A stretch of DNA of 64,000 nucleotides from Octopus bimaculoides (taxonomy: Eukaryota), in the NCBI RefSeq assembly GCF_001194135.2, contig NC_068982.1, positions 168,832,309 through 168,896,308 on the forward strand, given 5' to 3'. Made by a program: the position numbers and the translations under genes. Under the pieces are notes generated by a model. That model was not told the DNA's origin and ran no database searches. It saw only the letters and a list, made by a program, of their open reading frames with translations. Positions 1 through 12,893 of the stretch are shown here, in pieces. Numbering within the stretch: position 1 is the first letter of the stretch; every line of letters begins with the position of its first letter.

Positions 1-850
1 GTGTGTGTGTGTGTGTGTGTGTGTGAAATCGAAAGGGAAAAGTGAAGCTATGTCACTTAAGCAAAATAGAACATTGCTTTCTTTCAGTCTCTTTTTCATA
101 ATTTTGTTCGTGGACAAGAGAAATAAATATGAAGTAAATCCCCTTGATTAGATCGATATAAATGATGTTGTAATTGAAACCAAGCAAACAGTAACCGTAC
201 TGTTCTAATCCATGCTAATGAACCATCGCTGTTTGGACACAACGGTCGCCTTAGAAAATATAGCATAATATCACTTCAGTAAGTAAATTATATAACAATT
301 CCAGTTGAGTGAAGTTCAGTAATAACATCTCATCTGCAGCCTGCTTAGGCTTTTCTATAAATCAATGCATTATAACAGCTCGTGAATTCTTCTCAAAAGT
401 CTACATTGCATAAATTTCCCAAAAGACCTTTAAATCCCGAACGCAAGGTGCTATGAGCGAAGAAAGTAAAAATTGATGTATTCAGCAAGATGTGGCCTAC
501 CTCCAGTGTCAGTTAATGGTAAATGACAAATGACGAACGATGTATTATCGTCCACCTGATTCACTGAAGCAAATATTGCTGTGTGCATTTGAAATTAGAT
601 GAATTTTGTGTTAGCTATTTGTATGATATTAATCTTATGTTTCTTGTAAATGAGGTAAAGATTGCATTTGTGTGTGGGGGAGGGGAATGTGTGTGTGTGT
701 GTGTGTGCAAATCATACACACAAAAAACGTGTATACGTATATAATCATATGAACGTGTTTGGGTATGTGGTTGTGTATTTGTGTGCATGTGTGTGTGTGC
801 GTTTCATAAACTACATGACTGCGTTCAAGTTTTATGCATTTTATTTAGTA

Positions 851-3800
851 CTAGCAGTAATACCCGTCGTTGGTCGGGTAATTACTTATACTCTTTCTCG
901 GGAGCCACATTCAAAGTATTATTATGTATGTAATTTACTCCTCTTGTATATGTGTATTTTACAAGAGAAAAACGTAGTAGAAAAAGATCAATTTCGTACA
1001 CGAACATCTCTTTGTTTATTATGTGACAATAATAAGTGAGTTATATGTGTTATTTTATTTACTAATATACTAATAGCAATTACATAATACACTTCATTTA
1101 AATAGGTAATTTACTCATTCTTGAATACAATGATAATAATGGCAAATTAAGTTACTGAAGCATTCATGTTTCATTAAGAGTGAATATGTATAGGCGTAGG
1201 AGTAGCTGTGTGGTAAGTAGCTTGCTTACCAACCGCATGGTTCCGGGTTCAGTCCCACTGCGTGGCACCTTGGGCAGGTGTCTTCTACTATAGCCTCGGG
1301 CCGACCAAAGCCTTGTGAGTGGATTTGGTAGACGGAAACTGAAAGAAGCTTGTCGTATATATGTATATATATATATATATATGTGTGTATGTGTGTGTGT
1401 GTGTGTATGTATGTGTATGTATATGTTTGTGTGTCTGTGTTTGTCCCCCCCAACTTCGCTTGACAACCGATGCTGGGGTGTTTACGTCCCTGTAATTTAG
1501 CGGTTCGGCAAAAGAGAACGATAGAATAAGTACTAGGCTCCCAAAGAATAAGTCCTGGGGTCGATTTGCTCGACTAAAGGTGGTGCTCCAGCATGGCCAC
1601 AGTCAAATGACTGAAACAAGTAAAAGAGTATGTGAATATTTTCTTATGAACAATGTTTTTTGTTTTATTTCGAGGTGCATAAGGAAAAATATTTGCTTTT
1701 GCTCCCACACATGATGCCCGTACATTAAGTTGGCTATGTGAAAAACATGGTTCTTCATGTTGCAATCCAGTAACTTTTAGTGTTTGACCCTGACTGTTAC
1801 TAATGCTCATGGCAAAGGAAACTCGGACAGGAAACTGTTACCGCTTAAACTGGAATGGGACATTAAATGGTATAACTGGCATGCGAGGAATGAAAACGGT
1901 CTCACCTTTGCCACAACCAGTGAGAATATTTGCCTCAATGCAGTTCCTCATAAGTTTGTGCACAATTAACCTTGTACCATTGCATAATTTTGGTCGAGAC
2001 AAATTACGCAATAGCATAATAGGAGTCCTTTTACAGCTGAAGAGAATGAGGAGCTGTACCTGGTGGTTGTAGCGAGTTCAAAATTTCGGCAGGGTAGTTA
2101 ACATTATCCTGCTCATCAACATTGTCAACTGAATTATAAGTGAATACTTCTCCCGGAAGTTTATTTAATAGCATATTATTAATGCTATTTACAATAGCAT
2201 ATTATTAATTCTATTTACAGCAACATGTTTTGGAGCCAGGATAGCTCGCTCACATATCCAATCTGTATTGTTCTAATTATGAAGAAGAAACAGAAAGATT
2301 TCAGCCACCAAATCATCGACTGAATCAGCTGAATTACATATTGGACTGCGTCTAAGAAATTGTTCGTCAATTGCAACTTTCCTTCACCAAATTTCAAAAA
2401 CTGCTCTGCAAATAGTTCATTGACTGATCTCTTGAAAGCCACGATCTCATATTTGTCGAAAGTCGAAGCGTTTTCACATGGTGACATAACACAGAAGACT
2501 TTATTGAAGCATTGAGCTCATCCACTTTTGTTCCTCTTGGAACAACTGGTAGCATTTGACGGAAGTCTCCTGACAATAATACTGTGAGATTTCCCATCAT
2601 GGAATTACAATTTCTAATGTCTCATAATGTTCTGTCTACAGCTTCAAAAGCCTTTTTGTGGGCCATGGTACATTTGTCCCAGACAATTAAGTAATATCTT
2701 TGTACTAGTTCAACCATTCCAGAACTTTTAGATATATCACAAACTGAATATTCTTTGTTAGATAAATCTAAATGTAGCTTGAATGTTGAATAGGCAGTCC
2801 GACCTCCGGATAGTAATGTTGCTGCAATCCCAGGAGTAGCAGTAGCTAAAGCCATTTTATTTTTCTTGGCGAACTTTAGCCAGGAGGAGTTTAATTACAA
2901 ATGTTTCCCCAGAGCAACTTAGAAATAAAGTCCTCCTATGTTGTTCATACTTTCTATGACAGTGGAATATGCACGACAGGTAGAAGCTTGGGAAGATTAT
3001 CATTTATGTACATGGTCAGTTCCTCCATATCATAAGAAATTTCCCACATTATTTTAGTGGACAGACTGTTAAGTTCCCCTCTATTAGTTAGTGGGAGACC
3101 TAAATTTTCTATAAGTTCACCTCCCATCGAAATATCTTGCTCAAGGTTATTCAACTGAACTTGGTGCTTGAAATCTTCGGCAAGATCATTTTTGAACTTA
3201 TTCTACAGTTCAACAGGATTACTTACTTCACAATTTTTGAGAATAATAGCAAAAAGGTCTCTCAAACTCTTTGGCGATTTTGGTATTGAATCTTCTTCCA
3301 GCGTTGCTTCCCATTGCTGATCATTTGCAAGCAAACCTAACTTCAAAAACGCTTCTCGATATATTCTGCAAATCTCACCATCAGCTTCTTTCAAACTTTC
3401 CCATGAAGTTGGCCCTCTTTTTATATGAAGAAGTATTCCGAGATGAAAGTATTTATTTTCGTTAGGATGTACTCTACCAATTGTTGTACCAAACTTATTC
3501 GTAGAATGACCTTGATCCTTTGTACTTATTTTGCGTTTATTCCATTTATTATTACTTCATGTGTAATAAAAAGGAACCTCATGATATAGCAGTGTTTTTG
3601 CAAAATTGTTCCCCCGACAAAGATTTGAAAAGGCTGTTAAAGTGGTATCCTTTGGATTTGAAACTTGATTTGCAGCTGTCTCAGCAGTGAAGCAAACCCT
3701 TTGACCATTTTCTAAATGCACAGAAAGTTGTTGAATGGCTGAGTGCCTTTCGTGGGTTGAGAATCCAAATACGCGCCAGAAGGCCTCATTACTGCTTATA

Positions 3801-5130
3801 TATCTCCCTAATTGGTATTGTTTAACTTCGTCGTTAGTGTTTTCTTGAATGGCAAATGAAGCAGCATCACTGCCTTTATTTATATGTTTGCATGCATACT
3901 TTTTTGCTCTCCAAGGAGTTACAATAGTTTACATTGACATTAGCATCGAAAGTCTTTGACAGAAATAGGTAGTAAGGAACTCTCCATTGATTATCTATTT
4001 CACGATTTCTAAGTTTAGCTCGCTCTCCTACATCTGATTTCCTTCTTCTGTGCGTGGGACATCCATCATTGCCAAATTGAGTGTGATAAATAAAATTCTT
4101 TAGATATTTTTTGTGCATTTCTCTTCCTTCGTGGATGCTGACTGAGAGTTTCGAACACCACAAGGGTCAAGAACTATATAAGATGCCACGATGTCATAGA
4201 GTGTCCGATCAATGGAAGGATCAGGAATTTCGGCCGAAATTACAGAATCAATTTGATTTGAGTTAATTTTTGTGCACAGCCAAAGTAAAATGTGGACATG
4301 AGGTAATCCCCTTTTCTGTCATTCCACTGTATACATGGCACAGCGAACTTCCCCAAAGATATATGACATTGAAAAGAGGTACATCATCTTATTTAATTTT
4401 CAGTGAAAAACCTGTGCTATGATATCATGTCTATGACGTGCTCGTTGATCAAGAAAGAGTTCCACTTGTATTTCAGGCCATTTCGGTTTACATGTAGAAG
4501 TTATAAATAAATCTGTCTACCATATTTTCGTACATATGTCATGGCATTTTGTGTTCTTTCATGCCATGCATATAGCGGGGTCCACCTGTGAAGCGCAATG
4601 GAATGATGCACAATTGCCCCAGGTTATTTCCATAGCCATCATTATTTATGCTGTCCTTCAACACACCTCTTTTTGGTGTGTTCTTACATAGGTGAGCCTT
4701 TCTGATTCAATCTTGGCATACATGGCACCAACAAATCGTTGAAATAAATCCCTACTTCGGTGCAATAAATTAAAACTGAAGGGTCTAAGCATAAGATGAA
4801 ATGCATAAAAATCCATACACGAGACAGTTTTTCAAGAATTTTCTTGTGTCTGAGGAATACTGATATCTATCTGTTCCATATGGAAAAAGCAACGGGTACT
4901 GTAGAGCATCATAAGAGCGATGTGTATTACTTACCCGTTGAATGGAACAATCTCTTCACTTTATAATTATATCCCATTTTTCAATATGCTCACCTGCTAA
5001 AATTATAGCAACCTCATTAGTCTCTGGTGCATTGAAACGCCATGAAGGCTCAGTTGGGGGCCTTCCATCAGAATTGATCACCAATTGAACATTTCTGCTG
5101 TGTGTATTATCAAGGGTACATTTGAAACAC
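851..5130 (-). mobile_element. Helitron, 5'-truncated, pseudogenised Rep/Helicase
   Basis: Frameshifted pieces: HRSYDALQYPLLFPYG (about 4870-4940), E*QKRGLPHVHILLWL Rep motif (about 4280-4330), GRYISSNEAFWRVF (about 3760-3810), and PIF1 motifs ATLLSGGRTAYSTFKL, LIVWDKCTMAHK, LLSGDFRQMLPVV and SISNSQGQTL. Terminal hairpin plus CTAG at 851-883. Confidence 0.9.
1191..1628 (+). mobile_element. tRNA-derived SINE, family A (central TA/TG microsatellite)
   Basis: A/B-box-like head, with homologous copies near 11228, 44652, 52021-52932, 58660 and 60839. Inserted within the Helitron 3' region. Confidence 0.85.
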
Positions 5131-5152
5131 CTAATATAATTATTATTGTTAT

Positions 5153-5224
5153 GAAGCAGTTGGCGTAGTGGTTAAGAGAGCGGGCTACTAACCCCAAGAT
5201 TCCGAGTTCGATTCTAGGCAGTTG

Positions 5225-5311
<87 letters not shown>

Positions 5312-5526
5312 GTAAAATACTGTCTATGTGATCTCAAATTTTAAAACAAACACATAATTTTCTTATGGTTTCTTAATAATTCTCTAGAACAACACTATGT
5401 ACAAATCGAAATATATGGTACCCTAGGCATAACACCTACATAAACTTCTAACTTGTTGTCTCTTGAGGTCTCTGGGTGAGACTTGGATCCAACTTGTACA
5501 AATGCAAAGCAAAAGTCAAACATAAA

Positions 5527-5568
<42 letters not shown>

Positions 5569-5716
5569 TCGAAAAATACCTTAGGAATGAGAACAGTTTC
5601 GAAATTTCCCCAAGACACCTGATGAAGGCTGGAGGGTATATCAGTCGAAACGCCGTGTTAACAAAAAACAAGATGAGGACAAATATCCGTCAATTGTAAA
5701 TAATGTAAATAATGTA
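5153..5716 (+). mobile_element. tRNA-headed SINE-like element with (AAT)n spacer and hammerhead-like tail; interrupted by a LINE 3' fragment
   Basis: A box TGGCGTAGTGG at 5161 and B box GAGTTCGATTC at 5204, then AAT arrays, CTGATGA..GAAAC at 5619-5651 and a TGTAAATAA tail. Confidence 0.65.
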
Positions 5717-6370
5717 CTCTTTTTCTATATTCTAAATTCTAATTTTTTACTTCAATTGTGTCATGTAATTATGTTTTGCAGACATTGATTCATCAAAACG
5801 TTTATTTTTCACTGTAGATTAATATACTTCAGTCGTCTTACATAACAATAAAACTGTATTCGACCTAATATCTTCACTCTAGCTTTTAAATATCTCTCAT
5901 CATATTTTTACATATATAAGTTTGACCTAGTTAGAATTATAAGAAACTTTTTATTCGCATGGTATCTTAATGCCTTTGAAAATCTCTTTATATTTGTGTA
6001 ATAATATATCCTTATGGGCCCACCTTATGCAGTTATCACATTACGTTTTATTCTTTTTAATTTTATCTTCTTTTTTTCCGATTTCCGCATTCCTAATTAT
6101 CTTATTTCTTTTTGGATTCTCAGTGTCAAGTCTGCAAAAAATTCATTTTGTCACTTCCATATCTGAGGATGCCTAGCTTACTTGCTTTTCTTTTTCTTTT
6201 GATTTTTTTCTTTCTTTTAATGAATTCTCTTTGATCTTTCTTCTCTACTCTGTTTTCTTTTAAACTTAGAGCTATGATATATCGTGATTAAACTGATTCT
6301 AACCAACTAAATGACCCTATCATCTATTCTCTGCTTTGTTTACTCCTTCTCCTTTTTTCTATACTTATAT

Positions 6371-6442
6371 CTATACTTATATCTCCCCTATACTTTCTAT
6401 ACTTATATCTCCCCTATACTTTCTATACTTATATCTCCCCTA
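6371..6442 (+). repeat. 26-bp minisatellite, about 3 copies
   Basis: Unit CTATACTTATATCTCCCCTATACTTT. Confidence 0.85.
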
Positions 6443-6874
6443 GTTCCTCCTCCTCACTAACATGATTTTGATTTTCATCTCGCAGTTTTCTTCCTTTCAC
6501 TCTATCTATCTCACCCTCATCAATAAACCTTGTACTTCGCCTTTTTATAGATGTGGTTTACTACTGCAGAATTCATTTTCCATCAATAATCCTTCCATCG
6601 AGAAAATTCGGCGTCTCGACTGTTTCCGACTTGAAAATATTAGTGCATCATGTTTATGTGTTGATAATGTCTTATTTCAGTATCTACACCTGTTTTCATA
6701 ATACACTTTATTGCATCAAACAGCCACTAGATTTTTGAAACGGGCAGCTAAAGTAGGTGGTGGGCACAATGAATAATATTTACTGCATTTTTGACCTCGA
6801 GAAAAAGTATATATTTTACAAATGTTCACTATCTTACAGAAACAATATCACCTTTTCTAAAAGCCTTAAAAACA

Positions 6875-7039
6875 TGTTGTGTCGACGCCCCCAGGCGAAG
6901 AAGTAGAACCTCCCAAGACATATAAATAGCGGTAGTCTAGCCGTGGTAGGGGTGTTGAGTAGCAGTCGAGTAGCAGTTGTGTAGCGGTTGAGTAGCGATC
7001 ATCCGAAGGTGCTAGATAGCAGTAGCTTGAGACATAACA
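6875..7039 (+). mobile_element. Partial LTR-like repeat
   Basis: Begins TGTTGTGTCGACGCC and contains TATAAATA. Near-identical to 35390-35556 on the opposite strand. Confidence 0.6.
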
Positions 7040-7329
7040 AAACAGAACATATTCAGAATGATATTTCAGAAAATTATCTCTGTACTCTTTGAGTATACAA
7101 AGGACAAATTTATGTGGGGGAAAATAAGTAAGACAAAGTAAGGTAAATTTATCCCTTCAGTTCTACAGAATTACATTTGAAAAAATACTCATACGCAACA
7201 ATATCTCTCCCTAGACATCAGAAAGGTTAGAAATGCGACAAGAACAATTATGCTGACCAAATTGTATTCCTAAAGACGATACAACAGCACAAAAGGATGA
7301 TGTATTACTTGCAACATAATGGCTTAAAA

Positions 7330-7760
7330 CGAAAATTGGAAAAATAACAGTGAATCAGAAATTACTCATTTTGCACCACTTGCTCATTTTGGACACTCCT
7401 TTCCCTTATTTACAAAATATTTATAAATTCACTATAACCAATATTTTGTTAATTGGCCACTCATTGTTCAGATATTCTAGATTTCCATTCTTCTATTGGT
7501 TCTGTCGGTTTCGTCTGTTTTCATTGCTCGACCGAATGGTCAGGACCTTCAGTGATGCTCTTAACACCCAGATTTATAGCACATTTTACTCCTCTCGAAT
7601 TATTTTGGTTGAAAATTTTAGCAAGTTCAGTGATCATGAAAACTTCTCGCTCTGTGGCTCGTGAAATATTGTTCAGAACAGTGTACTGTGTATAATGGTG
7701 GCGTTGTTCAATAATCAACACTGATCCTGGAAACAAGGTCTTCTAGTCGTAGCTGTTACG
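7330..7760 (-). mobile_element. Possible pogo/Tigger transposase C-terminal remnant
   Basis: Minus-strand peptide ..EREVFMITELAKIFNQNNSRGVKCAINLGVKSITEGP loosely resembles the end of DDE_1 domains. Degenerate. Confidence 0.3.
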
Positions 7761-8424
7761 TCATTTAGTATATAAAGGACTACAGTGCCCAATACGTCCT
7801 TCTTTATGTTATACAGTCGAGTGTGATTTTAATGAAAATTGATTATTATTTTTACTGTACAAGCTCTATCGTTTGACCATTTAAACAGCATATTTTAATT
7901 AACCACAGCAGGACTATTGTTATCCTACTCCTATTATACACATATGTTCGTATGGCTTCTTTTTGCTATAGGCGTCATGTGATTTTATCAGAGCGCATGC
8001 GAAACGTGTATTCGTATCATTGTGTGTGTGTGTGTCCATGTGTCGGTGCTAATGCGTTTCTATCAGCATGATCATCTGTTATATCGATACGTTACATCGT
8101 CAGTGACGATATATGATGCGTCGTGTGTGTATAACAATATATCACAATACCAAATATAACCCTATAACAATAAGCAATGTAACAAGAGTTGGTTATCTTA
8201 TTATAACCGTTTGCACAGTAATAATCCAATACTCCAACGCAGAATCTAAAACGAGGCTAACGCTCTCACGATTCGACCTCAACTGTCTACTGGTTCATAT
8301 ATTTATAAGACTCGTCCAGTCCACTGACAGTCACGAGCGTGGGTGTCAGTTCACTCTGCAACAGCATATGTATATATGTATTATGTTTATATGTATCATG
8401 TATATATGCATACGTGTTTATCAA

Positions 8425-8462
<38 letters not shown>

Positions 8463-9853
8463 NNNNNNNNNNNNNNNNNNNNNNNNNNNNNNNNNNNNNN
8501 NNNNNNNNNNNNNNNNNNNNNNNNNNNNNNNNNNNNNNNNNNNNNNNNNNNNNNNNNNNNNNNNNNNNNNNNNNNNNNNNNNNNNNNNNNNNNNNNNNNN
8601 NNNNNNNNNNNNNNNNNNNNNNNNNNNNNNNNNNNNNNNNNNNNNNNNNNNNNNNNNNNNNNNNNNNNNNNNNNNNNNNNNNNNNNNNNNNNNNNNNNNN
8701 NNNNNNNNNNNNNNNNNNNNNNNNNNNNNNNNNNNNNNNNNNNNNNNNNNNNNNNNNNNNNNNNNNNNNNNNNNNNNNNNNNNNNNNNNNNNNNNNNNNN
8801 NNNNNNNNNNNNNNNNNNNNNNNNNNNNNNNNNNNNNNNNNNNNNNNNNNNNNNNNNNNNNNNNNNNNNNNNNNNNNNNNNNNNNNNNNNNNNNNNNNNN
8901 NNNNNNNNNNNNNNNNNNNNNNNNNNNNNNNNNNNNNNNNNNNNNNNNNNNNNNNNNNNNNNNNNNNNNNNNNNNNNNNNNNNNNNNNNNNNNNNNNNNN
9001 NNNNNNNNNNNNNNNNNNNNNNNNNNNNNNNNNNNNNNNNNNNNNNNNNNNNNNNNNNNNNNNNNNNNNNNNNNNNNNNNNNNNNNNNNNNNNNNNNNNN
9101 NNNNNNNNNNNNNNNNNNNNNNNNNNNNNNNNNNNNNNNNNNNNNNNNNNNNNNNNNNNNNNNNNNNNNNNNNTATATACAGTTTCTTGCTGTGGAGACA
9201 CGCGCTAAGGCAGGTTTTTATAACGTGGCTTGTGTCTTCAAGAGTTTTAAGGCTATGAACACAGTCTGCTCTATTTGAAAATCAGGACGCTGGTAAACGA
9301 GAAACCAAAAGAAAAAAGGAAAAACAAGAAAAAACGAGAAGGTTGGTGCCGGGGTCCAAAGTCTGCGAGACAGCTGCTCAATGCAGAGAGCGTGGTCTCC
9401 TCTCCGGATTGAGCAACTTTATTTGCATATCTTTTTTACGTTTACTTGTACTGGCCATAATGTGATTGGTTTTATTTCATATTCACTTTTTGACTCTGTC
9501 TTCGGAACTATTTTTGGTGAATTAACGAGTTGGACAGAACAGCTCTTCTTTGTGAGATTCCTGCCGTGTTATGGGTTCATTTGGTGTCTCACAACAGTTT
9601 GTCCAAGTGTTCTTTGAACACATCTACGTTTATACTTAAGAAAATCTCAAAAAACTCTTTAGGATTTCTTGGCGGACTGTTGAAAAGTTGTGGGCCTTGA
9701 AACATAATCTGTTACAGTACTGCGTCATTTCTCTATACGGAAAGGGTGAGATTATTGGTACTATGCAGTGACGTTCATTTCAGTGGCCGGCATAACTTTC
9801 AGTCCCGAAGTTGGGTGCTAGACCGTCCAGGATCTGATATGTGTGTGTGTGTG

Positions 9854-9894
<41 letters not shown>

Positions 9895-11227
9895 TCTTTT
9901 ATTCTTTTATACATTTCAGTTCTTTGGCTGCGGCCATGCTTTCTTTCTTACTTTCCACCCTTTTAAAGCCTAACCAGGCTCATGGGCCCGGTTTCNNNNN
10001 NNNNNNNNNNNNNNNNNNNNNNNNNNNNNNNNNNNNNNNNNNNNNNNNNNNNNNNNNNNNNNNNNNNNNNNNNNNNNNNNNNNNNNNNNNNNNNNNNNNN
10101 NNNNNNNNNNNNNNNNNNNNNNNNNNNNNNNNNNNNNNNNNNNNNNNNNNNNNNNNNNNNNNNNNNNNNNNNNNNNNNNNNNNNNNNNNNNNNNNNNNNN
10201 NNNTGTCCCCTCTAGGGAGTAGATCAAAACCGTGAAGAGAAACTTGGACCTCTGAATTAAATCTACACTTCTATCAGCTCTACAAGAAGACGTCAAAACA
10301 GCAAGTCTCTTGCTTTCGTATAAGTTCAAAGACTGATGAATCAGCATATATTCCATAATCTTCAATTTTGGCTAAAAAAAAAAAAAAGGGTGGGGGAGAT
10401 TCGAAAGAACAGAAAATACATTTCATTACTATTTTAGCATTTTTCAAACTTTAATTTTTTTTAAACCTCATTTAGATTAACAATTATTCTTGTTTACTTC
10501 TTATATTAACAAAATGCATGTAACATTTTAATTTGGACTAAAATCAATTAACAATGTTTTTTTTTTTGTACAATTCCGAGAAAAAAGTCACAGAAAAAAG
10601 CAATAAGAAAAAAACTTCACAGGTAAAGGAGTGGTTTAATACATTCCATTTTTAACTGTCATGTTTAAGACATTGAATTAAACGTACATTTTAACATATG
10701 TGTAATACCATTATATAAATTCTGCTGTCATTTTGTACAAGTCATGTAGTGTCAATTAATAAGCAACTTCAAAATATTATTTGGTGAATTAATTTAACTA
10801 TTATTAAAGGTATTTATAGCATTGAAATTTTACATATTTTTCTTTGATATTTCCTGAGCTAAAATTGTTACATTTTTCCTGTGATTTTATTTCCTTTTCG
10901 ATTGATTTAAAACGCATTTGCGGAGTAACTAAATTAGAAACGATTACAACATTAATTAGAGAGTAACAGTTTACAGACTTGAAAGAATGAAAGCTATGTT
11001 TGTTTGTTTTAATAACTAAATTAACGAATATGTAATCTTTTAACTTTTTACAATCACAATTTTAAAAATATATCATAGATTACATTTTTTTTTACGCTTT
11101 CAAAGGATGAAAAAATACCTTTTCATTGCTCAGCGGGTAAAGCATCAGACTTTTATAGGTCACCTTAGAAGTAATCTGAAGGTCGCAGGTTAGTGTCCCT
11201 CTGCGGGCTTGTGATTCTTTTTTATAT

Positions 11228-12110
11228 GTGCAGGCGTGGCTGAGTGGTAAGAAACTTGCTTCCCAACCACACATTTCCGGGTTCAGTCCCACTGCGTGGC
11301 ATCTTGGGCAAGTGTCTTCTACTAAAGCCTCTCGGGCCGACCAAAGCTTTGTGCGTGGATTTGGTAGGCAGAAACTTAAAGTAGCCAAACGCGGTGAGCT
11401 GCTGGCAGAAACGTTAGCACACCGGGCGAAATGTTTAACGGTATTTCGTCTGCTGCTACGTTCTGAGTTCAAATTCCGCCGAAGTCGACTTTGCCTTTCA
11501 TCCTTTCGGGGTCGATTAAATAAGTACCAGTTATGTGCTGAGGTCAATATAATCGACTTAATCCGTTTGTCTGTCCTTGTCTGTCCCTTCTCTGTGTAGC
11601 TCCTTGTGGGCAGTAATGAAATAAACTTAAAGTAGCCAGTCATGTGTGTAAGGCGGCGAGCTGGCAGAAACGTTAGCATGCCGGACGAAATGCTTAGCAG
11701 TATTTCGTCTGTCGTTACGTTCTAAGTTCAAATTCCGCCGAGGTCGACATTTCCTTTCATCCTTTCGGGGTCAATAGATTAAGTACCAGATGTAATCGAC
11801 TTAATCCCTTTGTCTATCCTTATTTGTCCTCTCTATGTTTAGCCCCTTGTGGGCAATAAAAAAATAAGAAACTTAAACTAGCCAGTCATGTGTGTGTGTT
11901 TGTGTTTCTTCCCCACCACCGCTTCACAACCAGTGCTGGTGTGTTTACGTCCCCGTTACTTCGCGGTTCGACAAACGACCAATAGAATAAGTACCAGGCT
12001 TAGCAAAAACAAAACGAGCACTAAGTCCGATTCGGCTAAAGCTTCTTCAAAGCGGTGCACCAGCATGGCCGCAGTCTAATGACTGAAACAAGTAAAAGAT
12101 AAAAAATAAA
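11228..12110 (+). mobile_element. SINE family A interrupted by two tandem family C SINEs
   Basis: Family A head 11228-11387; family C copies 11388-11622 and 11650-11868, bounded by direct repeats; family A tail 11896-12110. Confidence 0.85.
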
Positions 12111-12502
12111 AGGTAAAATAAACATCGGAATACAAAAGAAGTACAGATTATCAAAAATGATATGGAATAATATTTTACCACGAAACCTAAAAAACAATTT
12201 TTTGCTGTCAAATTTCAAAACCCACCTTCTACTGAACCAAATTCATTTATAAACTTTATCTTATTGACCTACAGTATTTATAACATTTGTAATATCTTAT
12301 ATTTTCGTTCGTATTCTGCCGAGGTTGACTTTGCCTTTCATCCTTTCAGGTTCGATAAATTAAGTACCAGTTGCGTATTTGGGTCGATCTAATCGACTGG
12401 GCCCCTCCCCAAAAATTTCGGGCCTTGTGCCTAGAGTAGAAAAGAATATTGTATATTTCCAGACTTAAAGAGATTTAGTTTTTATATACGGTTTTTGACC
12501 TT

Positions 12503-12893
12503 GTGGAGGCGCAATGGCCCAGTGGTTAGGGCAGCGGACTCGTGGCCATAGGATCGCGGTTTCGATTCTCAGACCGAGCATTGTGAGTGTTTATTTAGCG
12601 AAAACACCTAAAAGCTCCACAAGGCTCCGGCAGGGGGTGGTGGCGAACTCTGCTCTACTCTTTCACCACAACTGTCTCTCATTCTTACTTCCTGTTTCTG
12701 TTGTGCCTGTAATTCAAAGGGCCAACCTTGTCACACTGTGTCACGCTGAATATCCCCGAGAACTACGTTAAGGGTACACGTATCTGTGGAGTGCTCAGCC
12801 ACTTGCACGTTAATTTCACGAGCAGGCTGTTCTGTTGATCGGATCGACTGGAACCCTCAACGTCGTAAGCGACAGAGTGCCAACAACAACAAC
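12503..12893 (+). mobile_element. tRNA-derived SINE, family B
   Basis: A box TGGCCCAGTGG, B box GTTTCGATTC and CAA tail. GTTTTTGACC flanks both sides (12491, 12894). Homologous to 54938-55324. Confidence 0.88.

Noticed and set aside
5161-5230. Functional tRNA gene
   Set aside because: No pairable acceptor stem; it is a SINE head, like the other tRNA-like heads in the window.
8050-8105. Minus-strand CTGACGA..GAAAC motif
   Set aside because: No helix I and a broken helix III.
9677-9718. CTGTTGA..GAAAC..GTT hammerhead look-alike
   Set aside because: No helix I; the downstream ACAGT would pair with the core itself, and helix II is marginal.
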